Assembly (NCBI GenBank): GCA_016278725.1
Contig: JADQBG010000001.1
Coordinates: 5,414-69,413, forward strand
Source of the DNA: Actinomycetota bacterium
Lineage (GTDB): Bacteria > Actinomycetota > Thermoleophilia > RBG-16-64-13
Length of the DNA: 64,000 nt
Reading direction: 5' to 3'
In this document: positions 39,272 through 48,090 of the stretch, piece by piece
How the letters are laid out: every line of letters starts with the position of its first letter
Numbering within the stretch: the stretch's first letter is position 1
The notes under the pieces: model-generated
Databases searched by the model: none
What the model was told of the DNA's origin: nothing
The model's input: only the letters and a program-made list of their open reading frames with translations
Translations under genes and position numbers: made by a program

Positions 39272-39365
39272 CAGGCAGGCGACAAATTCTTGCGATCCCG
39301 GCTTCGGCGTCACGGGCTCCCGCGGTACGGGCTCCTCGCGCGGCTTGGACGGTTCGCGCTCGCTG

Positions 39366-40154
39366 ATGGCCTTTGGTCTTGCCTCGGCGGCGGCCATCGC
39401 CCTCTATCTCACCGAGGGGGGTCGCAACGTGCGCAAGAGCTTGGCCGGCGACATCGCGGCGATCCGCGAGCGGGATCCGGCCGCCAACAGCCTCGCCGAG
39501 ATCCTCTGCTGCTACTCGGGTTTTCACGCGCTGGTGTTTCATCGGCTGGCGCACGCGCTGTGGTTGCGGGAAGTCCCTCTGCTGCCGCGCCTTGTCTCGC
39601 AGATCAGCCGCTTCCTCACGGGCATCGAGATCCACCCGGGAGCGGTGATAGCCAACGGCCTCTTCATCGACCATGGATCGGGAGTGGTCATCGGTGAGAC
39701 CAGCGAAATCGGCAACAACGTGACCATCTATCAGGGTGTCACCCTGGGGGGGACCGGCAAAGAGTCCGGCAAGCGCCACCCGACCATCGAGGACAACGTG
39801 GTGGTCGGTGCCGGGGCCAAGGTGCTGGGCGCGATCACCATCGGCAAGAACGCGAAGATCGGCGCCGGCAGCGTGGTCGTGCAGAACGTGCCTGCCGATA
39901 CCACCGTCGTGGGCAACCCCGGGCGGCCGGTGATGACCGACGGCACCCGGGTGGGTATCCCGGACATCGACTACCGTCATCTGCCCGACCCGGTTGCTGA
40001 AGCCATTCAGTGCGTGGTTCGCCGGGTGGTCGAACTCGAGAATGAACTCGAGGAGTACTGTCCGCCCAAGCAGCGAAGGATGGAACGCAGCCGAGCCAAT
40101 CTGGACGAGCAGGTGGCCAACCTCACCGGGTTCAACCAAGGGCTGGGCATCTAG
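39366..40154 (+). CDS. cysE: Serine O-acetyltransferase with a C-terminal coiled-coil extension ending -GI
   Basis: '[32 protein letters not shown]' and hexapeptide repeats. The start is uncertain; the alternatives are 39249 and 39219, which overlap the upstream gene. Confidence 0.8.
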   Translation: MAFGLASAAAIALYLTEGGRNVRKSLAGDIAAIRERDPAANSLAEILCCYSGFHALVFHRLAHALWLREVPLLPRLVSQISRFLTGIEIHPGAVIANGLFIDHGSGVVIGETSEIGNNVTIYQGVTLGGTGKESGKRHPTIEDNVVVGAGAKVLGAITIGKNAKIGAGSVVVQNVPADTTVVGNPGRPVMTDGTRVGIPDIDYRHLPDPVAEAIQCVVRRVVELENELEEYCPPKQRRMERSRANLDEQVANLTGFNQGLGI

Positions 40155-40181
40155 ACAATCCCCATGAGGTACCATGGTTGA

Positions 40182-42449
40182 GTGCCATTTCGCGATGAAA
40201 TCCCCCACCTGGCCGAGGGGCTGAACGAGCAGCAGGCCGCGGCCGTCTTTCACGAATCGGGACCCCTGCTGGTGCTGGCCGGTGCCGGCTCGGGCAAAAC
40301 CCGCGTGCTCACCCACCGAATCGCCCATCTGATCGATACGGGCCGCTTCGATCCGTACGAGATCCTGGCCATCACCTTCACGAACAAAGCCGCCGGAGAG
40401 ATGAAGGAACGGCTGGCGGAGCTGGTCGGGCCTATTGCGCGGCGCATGTGGGTCTCGACTTTTCACGCCGCCTGCTCCCGGCTCCTCCGGCAGGAGGCGG
40501 AGCGTCTGGGCTTTCGCCCCGGCTTCACCATCTACGACTCGGACGATCAGGTGCGGTTGGTCAAGCACTGTCTCGAGGATCTGGGCTACGACGTCAAGCG
40601 TTTCCCTCCGCGGGGCATCCACGCCCGCATCTCGGAAGCCAAGAACAAGCTGATCGACGTCGACGAGTTCGTCCCCCCGGAACTGCCCGAGGGCGACTCG
40701 AGTTCGCGCTACCTGGAAGTGGTCGGAGAGGTCTATCGCCTCTACCAGAAACGTCTGTACGAGCTGAATGCGATGGATTTCGACGACCTCTTGATGCGCA
40801 CGGTCGACGTCCTGCAGCTCTTTCCCTCCCGGCTCGAGCACTACCGGCAGACGTTCCGCCATGTGCTGGTCGATGAGTACCAGGACACGAACCGGGCGCA
40901 GTACACCCTGGTGCGGCTCTTGGCGGAAGAACACCGGCAGATAACCGTGGTGGGTGACGACGATCAGTCGGTCTACTCCTGGCGCGGGGCCGACCTGCGC
41001 AACATACTCGAGTTCGAGCGGGACTTTCCCGATGCGAGCGTGATCAAGCTGGAGCAGAACTACCGTTCGACCACCACCATCCTGGAAGCCGCCAACGCCG
41101 TGGTCGCGTACAACCGTGACCGCAAGCCCAAGCACCTCTGGACCGATCGGGGCCAGGGGGAACAGATCGTGCTGCTCGAGTGCCGCGACGAGCACGAGGA
41201 GGCGCGGCTCGTGGCGGGGGAATTGCGGGCGCAGCTGGACGCGGGACGGGTGGCGGACGAGATGGCCGCTTTCTACCGGGTGAACGCACAGAGCCGGGTA
41301 CTGGAAGACATCCTGGTGCGCTACGGCATCCCCTACCAGGTGGTGGGGGGAACCAAGTTCTACGAACGCGCCGAGATCAAGGACGTCCTGGGCTATCTGC
41401 GGGTGGTGATCAACCCCGCAGACGACATCTCCTTTCAACGGATCGTCAACACTCCCAAGCGCGGGCTGGGAACGGTGGCGGTGGGCCGGCTGCAGCAACT
41501 GGCGGCGGCTGAGGGGATCTCCCTGCGACAGGCGCTGGACCATCTGGACGCGGCGTCGGGACTCACTGCGGGAGCCCTGCGCTCCCTCAGGGAGCTGGGC
41601 CGAGCTTTCGAGCGCTGGGGGGCTATGGTGCAGCAGCCCCCCGGGGAGCAGGCAGAGGCGGCCGATGACGCTGGGCCCGTTTCGGAAGTCGTCCGCCTCG
41701 TGCTCGAGGAGAGCGGCCTGCTCGACGCATATCGCAACGAGCGCACGATCGAAGCCGAGGGCCGTCTCGAAAACCTGCAGGAGTTCCTGGGAGTCGCGCG
41801 CGAATTCGACCGGCACACCGGCGGATCGCTGACCGATTTCCTGGCCGAGATCAGTCTTTTCACCGACCTCGACGCGCTGGCCGACGGCCGGCCTCAGGTC
41901 ACCCTCATGACGCTGCATAACGCCAAGGGGCTGGAGTTCCCGGTCGTGTTCTTGGTCGGCATGGAGGAGGGCGTGTTTCCGCACTCCCGCGCCCTGGACG
42001 AGCAGAACCTCGAAGAGGAGCGCCGCCTTTGCTATGTCGGCCTCACTCGGGCCATGGAGCGCCTCTTCGTTTCCTACGCCCGCGAGCGCACTCTCTACGG
42101 CGCCTCGGGTTATAGCCTGCCCAGCCGTTTTCTCGACGAGATACCCGCGGCTCTGGTCGAGCACCGGCGCAGCCGCGGGGCGATGAGCGCGCGCCGGCCC
42201 GGGCTGGTTGGCGGTGCCGCCGGAAGCCGTTACGTGGGGAGCGGGGCCGCGAAGTCCCGAGCCAAGCCCTTGGCCCGGGAAGAGCGCGAAGTTTCCGGCT
42301 TCAGCGTGGGCGACCGGGTGCAGCACGCAAAGTTCGGCGAGGGCATGGTTCTTGGGGTCGAACCGGGTGGCGTGGTCAAGGTCTTCTTCAGCTCGCTGGG
42401 GGAGCAAAAAAACCTGTTGCTCGACTACGCGCCGCTGAAGAAGCTCTAG
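40182..42449 (+). CDS. pcrA: ATP-dependent DNA helicase PcrA/UvrD
   Basis: Walker A 'GAGSGKT' and the UvrD helicase motifs. Confidence 0.9.
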   Translation: MPFRDEIPHLAEGLNEQQAAAVFHESGPLLVLAGAGSGKTRVLTHRIAHLIDTGRFDPYEILAITFTNKAAGEMKERLAELVGPIARRMWVSTFHAACSRLLRQEAERLGFRPGFTIYDSDDQVRLVKHCLEDLGYDVKRFPPRGIHARISEAKNKLIDVDEFVPPELPEGDSSSRYLEVVGEVYRLYQKRLYELNAMDFDDLLMRTVDVLQLFPSRLEHYRQTFRHVLVDEYQDTNRAQYTLVRLLAEEHRQITVVGDDDQSVYSWRGADLRNILEFERDFPDASVIKLEQNYRSTTTILEAANAVVAYNRDRKPKHLWTDRGQGEQIVLLECRDEHEEARLVAGELRAQLDAGRVADEMAAFYRVNAQSRVLEDILVRYGIPYQVVGGTKFYERAEIKDVLGYLRVVINPADDISFQRIVNTPKRGLGTVAVGRLQQLAAAEGISLRQALDHLDAASGLTAGALRSLRELGRAFERWGAMVQQPPGEQAEAADDAGPVSEVVRLVLEESGLLDAYRNERTIEAEGRLENLQEFLGVAREFDRHTGGSLTDFLAEISLFTDLDALADGRPQVTLMTLHNAKGLEFPVVFLVGMEEGVFPHSRALDEQNLEEERRLCYVGLTRAMERLFVSYARERTLYGASGYSLPSRFLDEIPAALVEHRRSRGAMSARRPGLVGGAAGSRYVGSGAAKSRAKPLAREEREVSGFSVGDRVQHAKFGEGMVLGVEPGGVVKVFFSSLGEQKNLLLDYAPLKKL

Positions 42450-42670
42450 GCGGCCTCGCCGGCCGGCCTTTCAGGCGCCCCGCCGCCGCCCCCGCCGAAG
42501 CGCCCCGCTCGCATGGACTGAGACCGCCGGTATTGGTTAGACCGTTCCGACTCTTCGTCCAATCTTCTCTCCTTGGCCTGCAACTTGTGTTGCATATCCT
42601 TGATCATGCTCCTTTTCCGTGCAATGAGCCGCCGGTTCGGTGGGCGCTGCGGGGACCGCTAACCCCAAAA

Positions 42671-42739
42671 ATGGGCCATTTAGCATCAAAGTGGGGCAAA
42701 TGTGTTGCGAAATGGGGCAAAGTGGTAGTAGAGTGTGGC
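42671..42739 (+). promoter_or_regulatory. Putative MraZ operator: four direct (A/G)TGG(G)GC repeats at 20-21-bp spacing in the AT-rich mraZ promoter region
   Basis: ATGGGCC at 42671, GTGGGGC at 42691, ATGGGGC at 42712 and GTGTGGC at 42733, plus GTGG at 42722. The local GC content drops sharply from about 42530 to 42740. Confidence 0.5.
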
Positions 42740-43169
42740 CATGCAACAGGTCGTGCTAGCTGGAACATTTGAACACACCATTGACGACAAGGGACGGGTC
42801 ACCTTGCCGGCAAAGTACCGCGGTCACTTCGAAGAGCTTGCCATCCTGGCCAGGATGCCCGGAAAAGAGCGGGCCGTGCGGGTCTACACCCGGGAAGGCT
42901 GGGAGGGCTTCGAGGAGCGCAACATCGAGCGCCTCGACGAGTTCAACAACGCCGAGGACCGCCGGCTCCAGCGGGCCATCTTCGCCAACCTGAGCCCGGT
43001 AACCCCCGACAAGCAGGGCCGGGTGCTGGTGCCGGCTTCGTTTGTCCAGGATCTCGGCCTGACCGGCAAGGTCCTGATCGTGGGTAACCGCACGCACCTC
43101 GAGATCTGGGATCCGGAGAGCTACGAGCAAGACTCCGGTTGGAGCGGGGAGGGCGACGATGGGACGTAG
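42735..43169 (+). CDS. mraZ: Transcriptional regulator MraZ
   Basis: Two 'DxxGR' repeats (DDKGRVTLP and DKQGRVLVP). The start is GTG at 42735 or ATG at 42741. Confidence 0.9.
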   Translation: MAMQQVVLAGTFEHTIDDKGRVTLPAKYRGHFEELAILARMPGKERAVRVYTREGWEGFEERNIERLDEFNNAEDRRLQRAIFANLSPVTPDKQGRVLVPASFVQDLGLTGKVLIVGNRTHLEIWDPESYEQDSGWSGEGDDGT

Positions 43170-43197
43170 TGCTCTACAGACTGCCTTCGAAGCGGAG

Positions 43198-44130
43198 ATG
43201 GCCATGGCTCACGTACCAGTGCTGACCCGCGAACTCGTGGAGGTTCTGGATCTGCGCCCGGACAGCCGGGTAGTCGATTGCACCTTCGGAGCGGGAGGCC
43301 ACGCCCGGGCGGTGGGAGAGCGTCTCGGCCCCGACGGCCTTTTGCTCGCCTGCGACCGCGATCCCTTGGCCAAGGAGTACTTCGAAGAGGTCCGGGCGGA
43401 GATCGAGGCGGAGAGCCGCTTCTACCTGGGCAATTTCGCCGACACCCTTTACAACCTGTCCCGCACGCGCTTTCGGGCTACGCATATCTACTTCGATCTA
43501 GGTCTGAGCAGCATGCAGGTGGATACTCGTGAGCGCGGGTTCGCCTACAGCTACGACGCTCCCCTGGACATGCGGATGGATCCCGGTCTGCCCCTGACGG
43601 CGGCGGACATCCTCAATGAGTGGCCGGAAGAACGGCTGTCCCGGGTCTTTCGTGACTACGGGGAAGAGCGCTATGCCCGCCGCATAGCCCGCGCGGTGGT
43701 GAGGCATCGGGCGCGCAAGTCCTTCGAGCGCACCGCGGAACTGGTCGACGTGGTCAAAGGCGCGGTGCCCGCGCCCGCCAGATTCGGCGCGCGCAATCCC
43801 GCCCGGCGGGTTTTTCAAGCTTTGCGGATCGCCGTGAACGAGGAACTGGAGAGTCTCCGCCGGGCCCTGCCGGACGCGCTTTCGCTGCTGGAGCCGGGCG
43901 GCGTCATCGCGGTGATCAGCTTCCACAGTCTGGAAGACCGGATCGTCAAGGAATTCTTCGCCGAGCAGGCGAAGGCCTGTGACTGTCCCCCCGACTTCCC
44001 GGTGTGTGTTTGCGGCCGGGAGCCGGTTCTGGAGATCCTGACCTCGAGGCCTTTGATTCCGGGTGAGGAAGAGGTAGCCGTCAACCCGCGCGCCAGTTCG
44101 GCAAAGCTGCGCGTCGCGAGGAAGCTCTGA
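43198..44130 (+). CDS. rsmH: 16S rRNA (cytosine1402-N4)-methyltransferase RsmH/MraW
   Basis: 'HVPVLTRELVEVL...DCTFGAGGHA'. I chose the start at 43198 or 43204 from homology; the six-frame ORF runs from 43159. Confidence 0.9.
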   Translation: MAMAHVPVLTRELVEVLDLRPDSRVVDCTFGAGGHARAVGERLGPDGLLLACDRDPLAKEYFEEVRAEIEAESRFYLGNFADTLYNLSRTRFRATHIYFDLGLSSMQVDTRERGFAYSYDAPLDMRMDPGLPLTAADILNEWPEERLSRVFRDYGEERYARRIARAVVRHRARKSFERTAELVDVVKGAVPAPARFGARNPARRVFQALRIAVNEELESLRRALPDALSLLEPGGVIAVISFHSLEDRIVKEFFAEQAKACDCPPDFPVCVCGREPVLEILTSRPLIPGEEEVAVNPRASSAKLRVARKL

Positions 44131-44738
44131 TGGGGGCCGCGCCCGCGCGAGACACGGCCTATCTCGGTCTGTGGCGCGAGGCCTGGAGCCTTGATGAGCC
44201 GGGCGATGCCCCCCGTGCCGCAGTACTCGCTCCGGCCGCTCCCCGCAAGCGCGTGCGACCCAAGCCCAGCAGGCGGCAGGCCCCGGCGCCTTTGGCGGTG
44301 CCCTCCCGGCCCCGCGAGCGCCGGCACGCCTCGAGCAAGCGCGGCCGCGCCCATGATCGCCGCGCCACCCGGCCGGAGGCCCGGCCCCGCACAGTTGCCC
44401 GGCAGCGCGCTTCGCGGCCGGTCCGGCATCTGCTCCTGCCCGCGGTCTTCCTGGGAGCCTGGCTGGCGGTGGTCCTCGTGGCTCCCCTGGTTCTCAACGT
44501 GATGGGCATGCGGGCCGAGTGGCGCCTCGCTCAACTCGAGCAGCAGCACGACGACCTGGGAGCCGAGCGGGCTCAGCTCAAGACCCAGGTGGCCGCGCTC
44601 TCTTCGGCGCCGCGTATCCGCGAGGAAGCCGACCGTCTGGGGCTGTCATTGGCTCCCGAGGTGGACTATCTGATTCTGGCGGACAGCCCCGGGGGGGAAG
44701 TGGTCGCGTCCCTGGGTCCCAGGAGTGCGAATGACTAG
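44130..44738 (+). CDS. ftsL: Cell division protein FtsL (long basic N-terminus, one TM segment, coiled coil)
   Basis: It sits between rsmH and ftsI. TM segment 'LLLPAVFLGAWLAVVLVAPLVL' followed by a leucine-zipper-like region. Confidence 0.7.
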   Translation: MGAAPARDTAYLGLWREAWSLDEPGDAPRAAVLAPAAPRKRVRPKPSRRQAPAPLAVPSRPRERRHASSKRGRAHDRRATRPEARPRTVARQRASRPVRHLLLPAVFLGAWLAVVLVAPLVLNVMGMRAEWRLAQLEQQHDDLGAERAQLKTQVAALSSAPRIREEADRLGLSLAPEVDYLILADSPGGEVVASLGPRSAND

Positions 44739-44771
44739 GTCGTTCTTCGTCATGGAGGCTCCGGGAAGAGC

Positions 44772-46445
44772 ATGAGCCGCCGGCGCATCAATCTGAGACT
44801 TCTCAGCGCGACCGGTTTCTTCGTCCTCGTCCTTCTCCTTCTCTTCGGACGCGCGTTCGAGCTACAGGTGGTCAACGGGGAGGAGTACCGCACCCGCGCG
44901 GTTTCGCAGCACGTGCATACCGTGGAAATTGCCCCCCGGCGGGGCGTGATCTACGACCGTAACGGCGCGGAACTCGCGGTATCGAAGCGGATGGCGACCG
45001 TCTACGCCACGCCCTACCTGGTCGAGGACGCGGCCGAAGCCGCGGGGAAACTGGCCCCGGTTTTGGGTCTATCGGTGGAGGAAGTGAAGTCGAGCCTCAG
45101 CCGCCGCTCAGGATTCTCCTACGTCGCCCGGAAGGTCGAAGTCGAGGTGGGCAAGCAGGTTGCGGAATTGGGCATCCGCGGAGTGGGGGTCTATCCCGAG
45201 GAGAAGCGCGTTTATCCGAGGGGCGCCCTGGCTCCGCAGGTATTGGGTTATGTGGGGACCGACAACGTGGGGCTCGCCGGAGTGGAGCAGTACTATGATT
45301 CGGTGCTCGCCGGGGAAGGCGGGCGCCGGGACGAAGTCCGGGATCCTTTCGGCAAGAGCCTCGAAGTGCTCCTGAACCAGGAGGGTGTCGAAGGGGGCAG
45401 TCTGGTTCTCACCCTGGACGAGGACATGCAGAACGCCGTCGAGCAGGTCCTGGTGGACGTGGTGGAGACTTACGAGGCCAAGCGGGCCACCGCGCTCGTG
45501 CTCCAACCGAAGTCGGGAGAGGTGCTGGCCATGGCCAACGTACCCCTCTTTGACACCAACGACTTTGGCGAGGCGGACGCCGAGACCCGACGCAACGCCA
45601 CCGTCACCGATCAGTTCGAACCGGGGTCCACCTTCAAGACCATCGTCGTGGCGGCTGCCTTGGAGGAAGGTCTGGTGACGCCGGAGACCACCCTGGAAGT
45701 CGGGCCCTCGATCGAGGTCGCCGACCGCACGATACACGAGGCCCACGACGTGCCCGCCGTGCGCAATCTGACGGTGACCGAGATCCTGGCCGAGTCGTCG
45801 AATGTGGGGGCGGTCATGCTGGGCCAGCGTGTGGGCAAGGAGCGCCTCATCGAGATGATCCGGCGTTTTGGCTTCGTGGCCCCCCTGGGCATCGACTTCC
45901 CGGGGGAGGCTGCGGGCATGATGCTGGAAGAAGACCAGTGGTCGGGCTCCACCATCGGCAACGTGCCCATCGGGCACGGCGTGTCGGTTACCCCCCTGCA
46001 GTTGGCCACCGCCTACGCCACCATCGCCAACGGCGGCGTGCAGATGCCGCCTCACCTGGCCAGGCAGGATCAGCCTCCGGAAGGCCGCCGCGTAATCGCC
46101 ACCGAGGTGGCGGACCAACTGCGGCGGATGCTCGAGGTTACGATCACCGACGGGACCGGGGCGGCGGCCCGGGTCGATGGTTACGTGGTCGCGGGCAAGA
46201 CCGGAACCGCCCAGAAGGTGAGCGAGGATTCCCGAGGATACGAAGAGGGTGCCTACATCTCGTCTTTTGTCGGGATGGTCCCGGCGGAGGATCCGCAGTT
46301 GGTGATACTCGTGGTGGTCGACGATCCCACCACCCAGTACTATGGGTCCATCGTGGCGGCTCCGGCCTTCTCCAAGATTGCCGACTTCGCCTTGAAACAC
46401 CTGGAGATCGCACCCTTCTCCGCGTCCGAAACAGATCGGGGGTAA
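44772..46445 (+). CDS. ftsI: Peptidoglycan D,D-transpeptidase FtsI (class B PBP)
   Basis: SxxK 'STFKTI', 'SSN', 'KTGTA'. Confidence 0.9.
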   Translation: MSRRRINLRLLSATGFFVLVLLLLFGRAFELQVVNGEEYRTRAVSQHVHTVEIAPRRGVIYDRNGAELAVSKRMATVYATPYLVEDAAEAAGKLAPVLGLSVEEVKSSLSRRSGFSYVARKVEVEVGKQVAELGIRGVGVYPEEKRVYPRGALAPQVLGYVGTDNVGLAGVEQYYDSVLAGEGGRRDEVRDPFGKSLEVLLNQEGVEGGSLVLTLDEDMQNAVEQVLVDVVETYEAKRATALVLQPKSGEVLAMANVPLFDTNDFGEADAETRRNATVTDQFEPGSTFKTIVVAAALEEGLVTPETTLEVGPSIEVADRTIHEAHDVPAVRNLTVTEILAESSNVGAVMLGQRVGKERLIEMIRRFGFVAPLGIDFPGEAAGMMLEEDQWSGSTIGNVPIGHGVSVTPLQLATAYATIANGGVQMPPHLARQDQPPEGRRVIATEVADQLRRMLEVTITDGTGAAARVDGYVVAGKTGTAQKVSEDSRGYEEGAYISSFVGMVPAEDPQLVILVVVDDPTTQYYGSIVAAPAFSKIADFALKHLEIAPFSASETDRG

Positions 46446-46476
46446 AGGGTTCTGCGGGCGGGAATACGGCCGCCCT

Positions 46477-48090
46477 ATGCTAGAATCCGCTGCTGTGAAG
46501 CTCGCCGATCTATTCAGAGATGTGGGGGAGAACCGCATCATCGGCGATCCCCAAGTCGAGGTCACCGCTCTTTCCTATAGAAGCGACCTCGCCGGCCCGG
46601 GCCACCTGTTCTTCTGCGTGCCGGGACTGGTGCACGATGGGCATGATTATGCCGAAGATGCCGTCTCCCGGGGGACCTCGGCGATCTGCGTGGAACGCGA
46701 ATTGCCCCTGCCTGTGCCTCAAGTGCTGGTTCCGTCGGTTCGCCGGGTCATGGGACCGGTGGCCTCGAGCCTCTACGAGCACCCGAGCGCCCGCCTGGCT
46801 ACGGTGGGCATCACCGGCACCAACGGCAAGACCACCTCGACTTACCTGACCGCCTTTCTGCTGACCGACGCCGGGCGAAGGGCGGGTATGCTGGGCACCG
46901 TCGAGCGCCGGATTGGCGGGGTGAGTTTCCCCACCGAGCGCACCACTCCGGAAGCGGTCGACGTGCAACAGGACCTGGCCATGATGGTGGACGTGGGCGA
47001 CCAGGCCGCCGTGATGGAGGTCTCTTCGCACGCGCTGGACCTCGGCCGCGTGCACGGCATCAGCTTCTCGGCGGTGGCCTTCACCAACCTGACTCAAGAT
47101 CACCTCGATTTCCACGGCGATCTGGAGAGCTATTTCGGGGCAAAGAGCCGGCTCTTTCTGGATCCGCAGTTCGCCCGCAACCGCCCGACGGCCGTCATAA
47201 ACGTGGCGGATGCTTTCGGCCGAATCCTGGCAGAGAGATTGACTCCCGACCGGCTGTTGAGCTTCTCCGCGCGCCGGCCCCTCTCGGAAGAAGGAGAGGC
47301 CGCGGAGGCCGTCGAGCAGGCGGGGGCGGGGGCATGGAACGAGCGCGTGGATTTGAGCGTGCGCGACCTCACGATGAACGGCGGAGGCGCGCAGGGGACG
47401 TTGGTGGTTCGCGGGCGGGCGGCCGACATGGTGCGCCGCAACGAGGGCCGTCCTCTGCAGCGGGGCGAGGCGATCGAGCGCCCGCTTTTCACCCTGCTGG
47501 TGGGAGATTTCAACATCGCCAATATCCTAACCGCCCTGGGCCTGGGGATCTCGCTGGGGCTGGATCTGGAAGCCATGCTCGATTCGGTCAGTCGCTTTCC
47601 CGGGGTGCCCGGGCGCATGGAGCGGGTGGAGGCGGGGCAGCCCTTCAGCGTGCTGGTCGACTACGCCCACACTCCCGATTCGGTGCTGAACGTGCTGGAC
47701 GCGGTCCGGGCGGTTTCCGACGGGCGGCTCATCGGTGTATTGGGGTGCGGCGGGGACCGGGACAAAAGCAAACGTCCGCACATGGGCCGAGCGCTCGAGG
47801 CGGGTTGCGACGTCGCCATCATCACCTCGGACAACCCCCGCTCCGAGGAGCCCGAGGACATCATCCGCGATGTGCTCCGCGGATTGGAGCGCCCCCAGGA
47901 GGCCGTTGTCGAGCCTGACCGGATGCTGGCCATCCGCCACGCCATCCGCGAAGCCGAGCGCGGCGACATCGTGCTGCTTCTGGGCAAGGGACACGAGGGC
48001 GGCCAGCAATTCCGCGACCGCACCATTCCTTTCGACGACCGCGAGGTGGCCAGGGAGTGTCTCGTCGAGATGTATGGAGATGCCCCGTGA
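46477..48090 (+). CDS. murE: UDP-N-acetylmuramoyl-L-alanyl-D-glutamate--2,6-diaminopimelate ligase
   Basis: 'GITGTNGKTTS' and the DNPR motif 'ITSDNPRSE'. Confidence 0.9.
   Translation: MLESAAVKLADLFRDVGENRIIGDPQVEVTALSYRSDLAGPGHLFFCVPGLVHDGHDYAEDAVSRGTSAICVERELPLPVPQVLVPSVRRVMGPVASSLYEHPSARLATVGITGTNGKTTSTYLTAFLLTDAGRRAGMLGTVERRIGGVSFPTERTTPEAVDVQQDLAMMVDVGDQAAVMEVSSHALDLGRVHGISFSAVAFTNLTQDHLDFHGDLESYFGAKSRLFLDPQFARNRPTAVINVADAFGRILAERLTPDRLLSFSARRPLSEEGEAAEAVEQAGAGAWNERVDLSVRDLTMNGGGAQGTLVVRGRAADMVRRNEGRPLQRGEAIERPLFTLLVGDFNIANILTALGLGISLGLDLEAMLDSVSRFPGVPGRMERVEAGQPFSVLVDYAHTPDSVLNVLDAVRAVSDGRLIGVLGCGGDRDKSKRPHMGRALEAGCDVAIITSDNPRSEEPEDIIRDVLRGLERPQEAVVEPDRMLAIRHAIREAERGDIVLLLGKGHEGGQQFRDRTIPFDDREVARECLVEMYGDAP

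Noticed and set aside
39075-42407. 1110-aa ORF on the minus strand, antisense to cysE and pcrA
   Set aside because: Stop-codon-poor antisense frames are typical of a roughly 70% GC genome. Its translation is low-complexity (Arg/Ala/Gly/Pro-rich) with no recognisable domains, and the plus-strand genes here are strongly supported.
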